A stretch of DNA of 64,000 nt, taken from an uncultured bacterium (GTDB taxonomy: Bacteria > Chloroflexota > UBA5177 > JANWHV01). Below are positions 30,917 through 40,534 of the stretch, piece after piece. The DNA lies in contig CAVSOU010000007.1 in the NCBI GenBank assembly GCA_963729625.1, forward strand, positions 128,001-192,000. Reading direction: 5' to 3'. The notes beneath the pieces were generated by a model. That model was not told where the DNA came from. It worked only from the letters and a program-made list of their open reading frames with translations, and made no database searches. Each line of letters starts with the position of its first letter. The stretch's first letter is position 1. The translations under genes and the position numbers were made by a program.

Positions 30917-31705
30917 CTACCATGCGCTTCCCGCAGCCGCTGCGCGCAAGCTGCGCACCGCATCGAGGAAGCCCGTAGATCGAAGGCGTAGATCCAGCAG
31001 GTATTGGATGTACCCGAGCATTACGTGCTCTGCTTCGCTGAGCGCCTCCGCAGTGGGCTGAAGTCTCGCAAGTGCTGCATCTGGTCGAACCTGCAAATTG
31101 CGCAGTATTCGCAGCGGCTCAACGCCAATGGGAAATGCACTGGCGCTCTTTGCCGCGCAGTTCGGGCAGAGCACGCCTCCGTCTCTGGCGGAAAAGCAAT
31201 TTGCCACAGGCCGTATCTCGGACGCGCAGGACGCGCAGCGAAACAGCTCTGGACGATACCCCGCGAGACTCAGGAGATCAAGCTCGAAGGCACGCGCAGC
31301 AAGATCGACTTCAAGTCGCGGCTGATTCAAGCGGTTAAGGTGCAGGAGCAGTGAAGCAGCTATTCCGGGCACGCTGTGCTGCTCCTCCGTGAACCGATCG
31401 ACCAGTTCCGCGGCGTAAAACGCGTGGGACACGCGCCACAGGTCCGTATGCAGCAGGGGGAACTGCTGGATAGTCGCACCTTGCGTCACGAGGTCGAACG
31501 TGCGCCCGTGCACCAGAAATAGGTTGCTGTACGTGAATACCCCGACATGACCCGCGAGCCGACTCGACGTTCGCCGTACACCCTTGGCAAGCACGCGCAG
31601 CTTTCCGTATGCCGGCGTGAACAGCAGGAGCATACGATCCCGTTCGGCAAAGATAGAGCTCTTGAGTACGATGGCATCGGTTCGATAGGTGCGTGACGCG
31701 ACCAT
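30917..31705 (-). CDS. recO: DNA repair protein RecO
   Basis: AIVLKS...ERDRML, GKLRVLAKGVR, zinc finger CASC...CPNC. Confidence 0.93.
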   Translation of the reverse strand: MVASRTYRTDAIVLKSSIFAERDRMLLLFTPAYGKLRVLAKGVRRTSSRLAGHVGVFTYSNLFLVHGRTFDLVTQGATIQQFPLLHTDLWRVSHAFYAAELVDRFTEEQHSVPGIAASLLLHLNRLNQPRLEVDLAARAFELDLLSLAGYRPELFRCASCASEIRPVANCFSARDGGVLCPNCAAKSASAFPIGVEPLRILRNLQVRPDAALARLQPTAEALSEAEHVMLGYIQYLLDLRLRSTGFLDAVRSLRAAAAGSAW

Positions 31706-31787
31706 ATGCTCCGCCAGTCAGAACCACGAAAGCACGCTCCAGTGTAGCATTGCTCGCGGATCTGTCCTCCAGCCCACGGACGGCAAA

Positions 31788-31813
31788 GGACCGCGCCGTC
31801 ACCGGCGCGGTCC
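31788..31813 (-). terminator. Intrinsic terminator after the flp pilin gene
   Basis: Perfect 11-bp stem GGACCGCGCCG/CGGCGCGGTCC, 4-nt loop, TTT follows on the minus strand. Confidence 0.7.
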
Positions 31814-31840
31814 CCGCGACACTCAACAGGGTGGCAAGAC

Positions 31841-32035
31841 TTACAGGCTGGCGGAAACAGTATTCAGAGTATTGGAGATCGACGGCTGCAAGAACTTGAG
31901 AGCGACGATCACCAAGATGGCGATGAGCGCCAGGATGAGAGCGTACTCTACCAAGCCCTGTCCTTCTTCGCGGCGAAGGTGACGTTTGATCCAGGCTTTC
32001 AGCTCGAGGGTACGGGCGACGATGTACTCATTCAC
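31841..32035 (-). CDS. flp: Flp-family type IVb pilin
   Basis: RREEG|QGLVEYALILALIAILVIVAL prepilin motif (G, E+5, Y); AGGGAGG RBS. Confidence 0.92.
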   Translation of the reverse strand: MNEYIVARTLELKAWIKRHLRREEGQGLVEYALILALIAILVIVALKFLQPSISNTLNTVSASL

Positions 32036-32367
32036 GGGTGGAACCTCCCTAAGTTGAGTGAGCTTGTTAGGCGATTCCAGTTACCGCCCAACTACCGACA
32101 CGAGTGTATATCACGCAGAGTGGCGGCCACAACGGCTTTACTGGCACCTTTTCGGTGTCCATATAGCTACTTTTCGCACGGGGTCGCGGGTAAAGTAGGA
32201 CGACAGTGGCATTGCGGAGGCCGCGCGCTCGTGTTAGCCTCAGGTCAAGCCACACGCACGATGTTATGTCCTGCGCGACAAGAGAGCGCTCTGAGAGCAG
32301 CGACTTCGCCGGCCCGCATACTCGTGGCTCGTTGCGGCACCGTGAGCCAGGCTCCGGACGGAGAATC

Positions 32368-34233
32368 ATGACCCAAAGCATGGCGACGGGCAGTACACTC
32401 GAGCGGAACGGACCCGGCGCTCCGACGGCGGTTTTGCCCCGACATCGCCATCGTTGGGCCAGTGAGCCGCGAACCCAACGACACACCTGGCATCGATTCC
32501 GCAGGCCGCTGATCCTCGAGCGCCTCGATGTTCTCTTGTATTCTCATTCGCGTATCGAGGCGAGAATTGTTGGCCTTCAATGGATGGCGATGCTCCTGGT
32601 CGGGATAGGGGCGACTCTTCCGAGTCCGCTTGGTCCTGGGATCAGGCCGCTCACCGTGGCCCTGGTGGAGGCCGCGCTAGTACTCAATCCGATCGCCTAT
32701 ATCGTCGTCGCCTGCGCCGGGTACCCTTGGCTGCGCCGCGACGCACCGGCGCGCATGGCCGTGCTCACGGCCATTGACGTCACCACTGCCGTGAGCGTCC
32801 TGGGCTTGACGGTGAACACGCCCGGCTACACTCAGGCACTGCCGTTTTGTGTCGTGCTGCTGGCCGCGACGCGGTACAGCCGTGTCCAGGCGCTTGGGAT
32901 CACGTCGCTGCTGTCCGTTCTTCAGTTCTTCTCCTTCCTTGCCGCGAGCCGCGACGGCATACAGGTGACAAGCTTGAGCAGCGTAGTCGTGGCGATGTTC
33001 GCGCTCACGTACGGCGTCAACTTCCTGAGCGAGGCCGAGCGGAAGGAGGCCGCGATCGCACTCGAGAACGCCAAGCTCTACAGAGCTGTGCTTCAACGCA
33101 ATCGCGAGCTCGCGACGATCAACTCGCTCAGTCAGACCGCCACGCAAGATTCGGACCCTGGCCGGCTGCTGGAAAGTGGCCTCGAGTTGATTCTCGCGTC
33201 TCTACCGGCGACATGGGGACAGGCGTACCGTTACGATCACGTACTTGGCGACCTCGAGCTCCTGTTCATGCAGTGCGCCGATGTGCATGGCGGAAACGTG
33301 TCCGACGCCGACCTCAGACGGGAAGCCATGCGCGCAGCGCAGACTCGTTCCATCGTCATCGTAAGCAGCATGTCGCCGGACGGTGAGCCGGCAAATCGCA
33401 TCAGTGCTCCCGTGGTCGTGCAAGGCGACACGGCCGGCGTATTCCAGGCCCTGGTCCCATTCGTGGAGAGCGAGGCAGGTGGGAGCCCACCCGCGCAGAG
33501 TGTGGCCGTGGTCTGCCAGGAACTTGGCACATGGATAGAGCGAGCCGTGCTTCGTGACGCCGCGCAGCGCAGCCTGGTACTGGAAGAGAAGGGCCGTATC
33601 GCTCGTGAGCTGCACGATACCGTGCTCCAGATCCTGTTCAGCATCGGGCTTGGCGTCGAATGGTGCATGCTCCGAGCCGACAACGACTTTCAGCTAACCA
33701 GCCGCCTGCAAGATATGCACAAGTTGACCGCGACGGCAAGCAGTGACCTGCGAAGCGCGATCTTCACACTGTCTTCAGATATTGCCGAGGTTGGCCTGAT
33801 GCCGGCCCTGGAGAGACTTGCATACGACTTCACCAAGCAACAGAACCTCCCGGTGTCCCTGAGCTCTTCGGGCGAGCATCCTGAGGTACCCCTGCTCAGC
33901 CAAAACGCGATACATCGGGTGGTGCGCGAATCTCTGATGAACGCCTACAAGCATGCTCAGGCGACGCACGTCTCAGTCCGCGTGATCTTCGACCCTGGGT
34001 TCGTAACCGTCGTGATTCAGGACGACGGCGTGGGCTTGCCTCGCGAGCTCATTGAGCGCTACGCGCTGGATCCCACGCACTTCGGACTGAGAACGATTGC
34101 AAAGCAGGTAGAGCAATTACATGGGTCGTTTGAAATCATGAATGGTGACGAGTCAGGTGCCATCGTCCGCGCCGTCGTGCCCATTCAGCGTGCGTCGGAG
34201 GAAACCGCATATGCCAGTACAGACGCGTATTAG
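32368..34233 (+). CDS. Membrane sensor histidine kinase (TM-GAF-HisKA_3-HATPase)
   Basis: Several TMs, GAF-like segment, EEKGRIARELHD H-box, ESLMNAYKHA, DDGVG. Confidence 0.88.
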   Translation: MTQSMATGSTLERNGPGAPTAVLPRHRHRWASEPRTQRHTWHRFRRPLILERLDVLLYSHSRIEARIVGLQWMAMLLVGIGATLPSPLGPGIRPLTVALVEAALVLNPIAYIVVACAGYPWLRRDAPARMAVLTAIDVTTAVSVLGLTVNTPGYTQALPFCVVLLAATRYSRVQALGITSLLSVLQFFSFLAASRDGIQVTSLSSVVVAMFALTYGVNFLSEAERKEAAIALENAKLYRAVLQRNRELATINSLSQTATQDSDPGRLLESGLELILASLPATWGQAYRYDHVLGDLELLFMQCADVHGGNVSDADLRREAMRAAQTRSIVIVSSMSPDGEPANRISAPVVVQGDTAGVFQALVPFVESEAGGSPPAQSVAVVCQELGTWIERAVLRDAAQRSLVLEEKGRIARELHDTVLQILFSIGLGVEWCMLRADNDFQLTSRLQDMHKLTATASSDLRSAIFTLSSDIAEVGLMPALERLAYDFTKQQNLPVSLSSSGEHPEVPLLSQNAIHRVVRESLMNAYKHAQATHVSVRVIFDPGFVTVVIQDDGVGLPRELIERYALDPTHFGLRTIAKQVEQLHGSFEIMNGDESGAIVRAVVPIQRASEETAYASTDAY

Positions 34234-34852
34234 GCTGCTTATCGTGGACGATCATGACATCGTCCGCGAGGGCCTGACGTCGATATTGAGTGAAGAGCCT
34301 GACTTCGAGGTTGTTGGCGATGCTGCAGACGGGCATGCAGCCCTCAACGCTGTAGACCGCCTGAAACCCGCCGTTGTCTTGCTGGACATGCGCATGCCGG
34401 GCTTCGACGGCATCGAAGTCTGCCGCGAGCTCAGCGCGCGGCACCCCGAGGTTCGGGTGATCATTCTCACCGCGTTCCTCGACAGCGACACAATTAACCG
34501 CTGCATCCAGGCCGGTGCAAGAGGGTACGTGCTCAAGGATGTCGAGCGAACAGACCTGAAACGCTCGATTCGTGATGTTGCTCGTGGCGACGCGTTCCTC
34601 GATCGTAAAGTTCATGCCGTCGTCGTCGAACGTCTCAAGCGCGAAAGCGACCGCAATAGGCCTGTCCTAACCGATCGAGAAATCAGTATCCTGAAGCTGA
34701 TGGCAGAAGGCTTCACGAATCGGCATATCGCCACGAAGCTCTACGTGAGCGAAGGCACCATCAAGGATCAGCTGCAGAAGATCATGGATAAGCTTGGCGC
34801 CTCGAACCGAGTGTCGGCGCTCTACGTGGCCGCCAAAGAGGGTCTCATCTGA
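34211..34852 (+). CDS. NarL/LuxR-family response regulator
   Basis: LIVDDH, LLDMRMP, GYVLK, LTDREISILKLMAEGFTN HTH. Confidence 0.93.
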   Translation: MPVQTRIRLLIVDDHDIVREGLTSILSEEPDFEVVGDAADGHAALNAVDRLKPAVVLLDMRMPGFDGIEVCRELSARHPEVRVIILTAFLDSDTINRCIQAGARGYVLKDVERTDLKRSIRDVARGDAFLDRKVHAVVVERLKRESDRNRPVLTDREISILKLMAEGFTNRHIATKLYVSEGTIKDQLQKIMDKLGASNRVSALYVAAKEGLI

Positions 34853-34886
34853 CGCCACCGCCAGGCCGCCGTATCTATGAGGAACA

Positions 34887-36776
34887 ATGACTGACACGAC
34901 CACGTCGCGCCATGGCGGCTGGGCTTCCATTCTCGATGATATCGATGCCGCGGAGGGTGATGCGCGCGCGCTCGACGAGATTGGCTTTCGCCTTGCGGCC
35001 AGTCTGCATGAGCTCCCTGCAGTGCTCGCATCGTTACCTGCCAGTGAGCACCTGCAGCATCAAAGCGCATCACTTGCCCGCGGTTACCTGCGCGGGATGG
35101 CGAGTCACAACACCGCGGACAACACGAGCGTTCGAGTGGAGCTCGAGCGGCGGCGCGCTGAACTGGGAGCTCTGCAGCGCGTAAACGCGGTTGCCACAGG
35201 CAGCCTCGACGAGAACACGGTGCTGAACAATGTCGTCGCTGCCGTGGCTGATGTGATGGGCGTGGATGTGTGTTCGATATACCTCCGACAGGGACAGAAT
35301 CAATTGGTATTGCGGGCGACGTACGGCCTGAGCCAAGACGCTGTCGGTCACGCCAGGCTGCACCTCGGAGAAGGCCTTACGGGGCTGGCGGCAGAGCAGG
35401 GACGGCCAGTTTCGGTGCCGGACATCTGGGCGGACAGTCGCGCCAAGTACCTGCCCGAGACCAAGGAAGATGAGTATCACTCAATTCTGTCGGTCCCGAT
35501 TAAGTCGGCGTCCGCCGAGCACGTTCAAGGTGTCCTGAATGTCCAGACGAGGGAAGTCCGCGAGTTCACGAACGACGACATCGGTTTTCTCGAGATGATT
35601 GCCGGGCAGCTTGGCCTTTCGATCGAAAACGCGCGGTCGTACGGCCAGACCGATGCGCAACTGCGTCAGAAGGTGAACGCGTTGACCACGCTGCACCAGG
35701 TTGTGCTCGCGGTGTCCAGCAGTCTCGATCTCCGTCGCGTGCTCAACACTATTGCCAGGCAGGCCCTGACACTGTGCCAGGGAGATAGCAGCGCTATCCT
35801 GGCGCGCAAGGGCCAGCAACTTCGTGTGGAGGCATTCTGTGGAGACGGCGATCTCGAGCACACGGAGTTCGTCCGGGAGGTCGCTCTCGCCGCAATACAG
35901 CAGGGCGCTCACCAGATCCAACTCTCTCCACCCGGCGAAGACAATATGCAGCGCGCCCTCTTATGTGTGCCGCTTCGAGGGCACGGCTCGACGTACGGTG
36001 CGCTCGCGGTCTTCGGAAAGGCCGAACAGGGATTCGACGGCGAGACGAGCGATTTGCTTACTGACTTTGCCAGCGAAGCCGCGATGGCCATCGAGAATGC
36101 ACAGCTGCACCAGGCGACACAGCAGAGCCTCGAGGCCAAGTCGGTGCTCTTGTCCGAGCTGCATCATAGAGTCAAGAACAACTTACAGACTGTCGGCTCC
36201 CTGCTCTCACTTGCCCTCCGCCACACAAAGTCAGAGGAAGCTGCGGAGACCCTGCGCGACAGCTATAATCGCGTTCAGAGCATTGCTGCGGCACACGATC
36301 TGCTGTCCAGACAGACAATTGGCGTGACCACGATTGGCGAGGTTGCCAATAAGGTCATCGGCCTGCTGGAACCCACCGTCCAGGCCCGCGGAGCGATCAA
36401 GTTCATTGTCGAGGGCGATCTCATCGAAGTGGAAACGCGCGAAGCCACAACCCTGGCCATTCTGCTGAACGAGCTTCTCACGAATGCGATGCGACATGGG
36501 TTGCGCGGCCGGGAACGCGGCGCCATCCGCGTGCTCTTCGGGCGCCAGGGTTCGGAAGCCTGGGTCTCGGTCGCCGACGACGGCAACGGCCTGCCGCCCG
36601 ATTTCACTCTGAACAAGAACAGGGGACTCGGCCTCTCGATCGTGCGCACGCTGGTCGAAGCGGATCTGCACGGCCAGGTGAGTTGGGCAAGCGATCAAGG
36701 CGGCGCGCGCTTTACTCTGCTGTTCGCTCCGACCGGAGGCGCCGGAGCGCGCGCGTCCTCTGCTGCGCGCGCGTGA
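34887..36776 (+). CDS. Cytoplasmic GAF-GAF histidine kinase, HisKA_2 (PdtaS/EutW-like)
   Basis: Two GAF segments, ELHHRVKNNLQ H-box, NELLTNAMRHG, DDGNG, GLGLSIV; no TM. Confidence 0.88.
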   Translation: MTDTTTSRHGGWASILDDIDAAEGDARALDEIGFRLAASLHELPAVLASLPASEHLQHQSASLARGYLRGMASHNTADNTSVRVELERRRAELGALQRVNAVATGSLDENTVLNNVVAAVADVMGVDVCSIYLRQGQNQLVLRATYGLSQDAVGHARLHLGEGLTGLAAEQGRPVSVPDIWADSRAKYLPETKEDEYHSILSVPIKSASAEHVQGVLNVQTREVREFTNDDIGFLEMIAGQLGLSIENARSYGQTDAQLRQKVNALTTLHQVVLAVSSSLDLRRVLNTIARQALTLCQGDSSAILARKGQQLRVEAFCGDGDLEHTEFVREVALAAIQQGAHQIQLSPPGEDNMQRALLCVPLRGHGSTYGALAVFGKAEQGFDGETSDLLTDFASEAAMAIENAQLHQATQQSLEAKSVLLSELHHRVKNNLQTVGSLLSLALRHTKSEEAAETLRDSYNRVQSIAAAHDLLSRQTIGVTTIGEVANKVIGLLEPTVQARGAIKFIVEGDLIEVETREATTLAILLNELLTNAMRHGLRGRERGAIRVLFGRQGSEAWVSVADDGNGLPPDFTLNKNRGLGLSIVRTLVEADLHGQVSWASDQGGARFTLLFAPTGGAGARASSAARA

Positions 36777-36810
36777 GCAGCGCCAAATCACGTGTTGGGT
36801 TGCTGCTTCC

Positions 36811-37647
36811 ATGAGGACCCCAGGTGCCGCCAGTGCAGGCAATCGACTGAGACTCGATCAACTCCTGGTCGAGAAGGGCCTCGCAGGCGGGCGTGGCGAG
36901 GCGCGACGGCTGATCGAAGACGGGCACGTTACCGTGGCCGGAAGTGTGGCCTCCCGACCGGGATCGGCTGTCGGCCAGGACGCAGATATCATCGTCGCGC
37001 GACCTGAAACCCGCTTCGCCAGCCGCGGGGGCCTCAAGCTCGACGCGGCGCTCGCGCGTTTCCCGCTTATAGTCGCTGGCACTGTTGCACTTGACACCGG
37101 TGCGTCGACCGGTGGCTTTACCGATGTCTTGCTTCGCCGTGGAGCAGCGCGCGTCTACGCGGTTGACGTGGGCTACGGCCAGCTCGCATGGACACTGCGC
37201 ACCGATTCGCGTGTCGTCGTGATCGAGCGGACGAACATACGCTACCTGACCGAGTTGCCCGAGCGACCTGGCATCGCTACAATCGACGTATCGTTCATCT
37301 CCCTTGACCTGGTTCTTCCGGCGGTACGCAGGCTGCTCCTGAGCGACGGCCAGGCCGTTTGCCTGATCAAGCCTCAATTCGAAGTAGGCAGGCGCCTCGT
37401 GGGCAAGGGTGGCGTCGTTAGGAGCGCCGAGGCTCGGATGGCGGCGGTCGGCCGCGTATTGGCCAACGCGCAATCAGACGGCTGGATTCTTGGCGGACTG
37501 ATGGAGTCCCCAATTCTCGGCCCTGCTGGCAACCGCGAGTTCCTCGCGTGGCTGCATCGCGACCCGTCGCTCGGCAGCGTCGACCTCGATTGTGAAGTTC
37601 AGAGGGTAGTGCGTGACGCAGAGGTCGCCGGCGATAACCAGATCTGA
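36811..37647 (+). CDS. tlyA: TlyA-family rRNA 2'-O-methyltransferase
   Basis: S4 domain RLDQLLV, SRGGLKL, DTGASTGGFTD, DVSFISL, LIKPQFE. Confidence 0.94.
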   Translation: MRTPGAASAGNRLRLDQLLVEKGLAGGRGEARRLIEDGHVTVAGSVASRPGSAVGQDADIIVARPETRFASRGGLKLDAALARFPLIVAGTVALDTGASTGGFTDVLLRRGAARVYAVDVGYGQLAWTLRTDSRVVVIERTNIRYLTELPERPGIATIDVSFISLDLVLPAVRRLLLSDGQAVCLIKPQFEVGRRLVGKGGVVRSAEARMAAVGRVLANAQSDGWILGGLMESPILGPAGNREFLAWLHRDPSLGSVDLDCEVQRVVRDAEVAGDNQI

Positions 37648-38491
37648 GTTGCAGCCGTGGGTGCAGCGCGCTGCTATCTTGCTGCATCCTCGGGTGCCTG
37701 CTGCCCAGGATCTGCTCGACGGAGTCCTGGATGTGCTGCACGAACATGGCGTGGAGACCGTAACCGGATCGGTCTGGGGCTCGGCGGACGTCCAGGTAAT
37801 CTTGGGCAATGTTGACGTTTGTTTCGTGCTCGGCGGCGACGGAAGCTTGCTTCGCGCCGCGAGGTTGGCAGCACCCTGCGGCACTCCGTTGGTGGGGATC
37901 AATCTGGGGAAGCTTGGCTTTCTGGCAGAGATCAATCCGCGCGAGGTCCGCGAGAGGGTCGCGCTCGTGGCCAGCGGGCAGTACTGGATTGAAGAGCGTA
38001 TCATGCTGGTCGCATCTGTCGAGCGAGAGGGCCAGAAGGACTGTTCGTTCGACTGCCTGAATGAGGTTGTCGTTGCGCGCCGGCACTTATCCAGGGTTGT
38101 GAAAGTTGAGGCACACATCGACGGCCACTACCTCACGACGTACACTGCCGATGGAGTGCTCGTCGCCACGCCCACGGGATCGTCCGCCTACTCTCTGGCA
38201 GCCGGCGGCCCAATTCTCCATCCCGAGGTGCACAACCTGGTACTCACACCTATCAGCGCGCACCTTTCTCTCCGCAGTCCGCTCGTGCTTCCCGACACAA
38301 CTGACGTACGCCTCATCGTGCACACCGACCACGAGGCCAGTGCCAGCTTCGACGGCCAGAGCGACATCGAGATGCGCTCGAATGACGCCATCTCGGTCCG
38401 AGTCGGGCCGCATGTCGCCCGGTTCGCACGGACGCACGAGCGCGCATACTTCTACCACACATTGGTGGAAAAGCTCGGCATCGTCTATTAG
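37613..38491 (+). CDS. nadK: NAD kinase
   Basis: GGDGS, GINLGKLGFL, LNE, DGVLVATPTGSSAYSLAAGGP. Confidence 0.95.
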   Translation: MTQRSPAITRSELQPWVQRAAILLHPRVPAAQDLLDGVLDVLHEHGVETVTGSVWGSADVQVILGNVDVCFVLGGDGSLLRAARLAAPCGTPLVGINLGKLGFLAEINPREVRERVALVASGQYWIEERIMLVASVEREGQKDCSFDCLNEVVVARRHLSRVVKVEAHIDGHYLTTYTADGVLVATPTGSSAYSLAAGGPILHPEVHNLVLTPISAHLSLRSPLVLPDTTDVRLIVHTDHEASASFDGQSDIEMRSNDAISVRVGPHVARFARTHERAYFYHTLVEKLGIVY

Positions 38492-38631
38492 CTCACAGCC
38501 GCGGGAGCCCGTCGTGGGGATCCACGCCATACATGAATGCGCCGCGGTTCGAGCTACCTGAGCACGGCGCCGAACATGGCAGCTTGGCCAGGCATGAGCA
38601 TATGACTCCGGCATGCGCGCACCACCTCGCG

Positions 38632-38973
38632 CTACCGGCGGCGGCGGCGAGGATCGAGTGCAACACGCAACGCCTGGCGACTCCCCTGCGTTCCCGGCCA
38701 TCGTATCGCGGGCTCGGGAAGCGACTCCGGATGCGAGAAGTAGCGTCGAACACAGATCGCCAGGTGCTTCAGCAGCATGCGGTCTTCGGGTGACAGAACG
38801 TCGCCAAGGCGCTGAAACCAGGCATCCGAAAGCTCGACGATCAGCACCTCGTCATTGCCCCTGCGCACCACCACGAGACGCAGCTTGCCGTCGATCGCCC
38901 CTTCTTCGTCCGCGACGCTGAACCCGCGGCCCAGAAGGCTACGCACGTACCCTGCGAGCTCGAGCCGGTTCAT
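38632..38973 (-). CDS. Hypothetical protein
   Basis: 113-aa globular-looking ORF; minus-strand TTGAAC-N19-TATAGT upstream at about 39102-39132. Confidence 0.55.
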   Translation of the reverse strand: MNRLELAGYVRSLLGRGFSVADEEGAIDGKLRLVVVRRGNDEVLIVELSDAWFQRLGDVLSPEDRMLLKHLAICVRRYFSHPESLPEPAIRWPGTQGSRQALRVALDPRRRRR

Positions 38974-39514
38974 GCGGACGAGTTCACGGTCGTATACGTC
39001 GGCGGCGCGTCATCTCTCACCATCACTGCCCAAGAACTGCAGGGCATACGTGCGGCGCCGTGGTGTAGCTCCCCAGCGCCCGTAGCCAGCCTGCCATCAA
39101 CTATACACTGGCTGCCGTCGCTTCGTTCAATCGCCGGCCTCGCTGGGGGCGCGCCAGGAAGATGTGACGGCCGTCGAAACTCTGGCGGCCTTCGGGCCGC
39201 CTTCGCCTGGCTGCGTATCCACGGCGACCCACGCCGACGCAGTCTCGCTCCCGCACTGCCCGGCGGGTCGTCTCGAAGGCGGCGGCTCGTCTGGTTGGGC
39301 GATGGTACTCTGGCAGTCTGCAGCCTGAAGGCGCGACCCTCGACGACCCGCAAGGGTACGCGGGCCAACAGGCCATGGTCTCGCCGCTGCGGAGTGCTAC
39401 CGCCAGGGTCGATCCGCCCTCCGCCCGCGGATCGGCGCCCGATGGAGAGTCGGGGGCAGGCGCGGTGGGGCATCCGCTTGGCGGATCCGAACCTGCGCCC
39501 GTATGCTATGGTGC

Positions 39515-40132
39515 ATGGAAGCAAACGATCGTTTTTCGGTAACGCCACTCGGTGAGCTCCCGCTGCCGGGTGAACGGCGAGCCCAGATCGTTCGAGCGGC
39601 GACCGATATCTTTTGGGAAAAGGGGTATCACGGAGCGTCGATGCGGGACATCGGCGATCGCGTCGGCTTGCTCAAGGGAAGCCTCTACGCGCATGTCTCA
39701 AACAAGGAGGAGATTCTGCTTGAGATCGTGAGCACGACATTCCGGCGCCTGATGGACGCGCTCTCGCCGCTGCTGCTGGACACGACCACGGCCGAGGAAC
39801 GCCTTCGACAGGCGATTGCTGCTCACGCCGCGATCGTGCTTGGCGATCCAGCCGCCGCGTCCATGTTCTTCCACGAGAGCCGTCACCTCGAAGGAGAGCC
39901 CGGTGCCTGGATCCGAGACGCCCAACGCCGATACCAGACCGTCTGGGAAAAGCTTCTGCAGGCCGGCGTCGATTCAGGTGAATTCCGCGCAGATCTCGAC
40001 GTGCCGGTCGCGGCGCACGTGGCACTATCGATTGGCGACTGGGCTGAACGAGGGCCGTGCGGAATCGGCCCCGAGCTACGGAGTTTGACTGAGCGTTTTT
40101 GTGCCGTGCTGCTCGAGGGATGTCTCGCTTAG
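39515..40132 (+). CDS. TetR/AcrR-family regulator (KstR2-like)
   Basis: AATDIFWEKGYHGASMRDIGDRVGLLKGSLYAHVSNKEEIL HTH; TATGCT 7 nt before ATG suggests a leaderless transcript. Confidence 0.9.
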   Translation: MEANDRFSVTPLGELPLPGERRAQIVRAATDIFWEKGYHGASMRDIGDRVGLLKGSLYAHVSNKEEILLEIVSTTFRRLMDALSPLLLDTTTAEERLRQAIAAHAAIVLGDPAAASMFFHESRHLEGEPGAWIRDAQRRYQTVWEKLLQAGVDSGEFRADLDVPVAAHVALSIGDWAERGPCGIGPELRSLTERFCAVLLEGCLA

Positions 40133-40171
40133 GATTCCCGCTCCTGCGGGCGCGCGATGATCTTCATCTTC

Positions 40172-40534
40172 TCAGAATCCGTCGAGCTTATCCATCTCTT
40201 CCCAGGCTAATCGAAGCATGGTCGCCAGAACCTCATCTCCGGGGTAGGGTCCAATTGAGCGCAGATCGGCCATCGCCGCCCCGGCCCTCGTGTCCCCCTG
40301 CAGCACTGGAGGCTCCATCGAGATACATGCAGGTCTGGCGCTGTCGGGGCAGCACCACACGAGCAGGGCGGGCGGGATTGTCACGATGCCGCGTTCCTCG
40401 CCGTCGGCGCCAAGGAAGCAAGCCGCATCTCCCACGCGGGCCGTCGCAGGCACGCCGTCCACAAAGACCAACTCGCCGTCCGGGCGCCGAACGCCCGCCG
40501 TTCCCACCGTGTCTCCATCAAGCATTCGCGCCAT
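40172..40534 (-). CDS. Short protein resembling the N-terminal part of RicT/YaaT (PSP1 family)
   Basis: Overlaps the holB end; AGVRRPDGELVFVD...VGD...GEERGIV resembles the RicT N-terminal pattern. Confidence 0.5.
   Translation of the reverse strand: MARMLDGDTVGTAGVRRPDGELVFVDGVPATARVGDAACFLGADGEERGIVTIPPALLVWCCPDSARPACISMEPPVLQGDTRAGAAMADLRSIGPYPGDEVLATMLRLAWEEMDKLDGF

Noticed and set aside
38492-38631. recN expected after tlyA-nadK
   Set aside because: Absent, with no remnant; gene order here is variable, so not informative.
39130-39500. GC-rich spacer with short hairpins as possible rnpB, tmRNA or SRP RNA
   Set aside because: No GAGGAAAGUCC, tRNA-like ends or SRP loop motif found.
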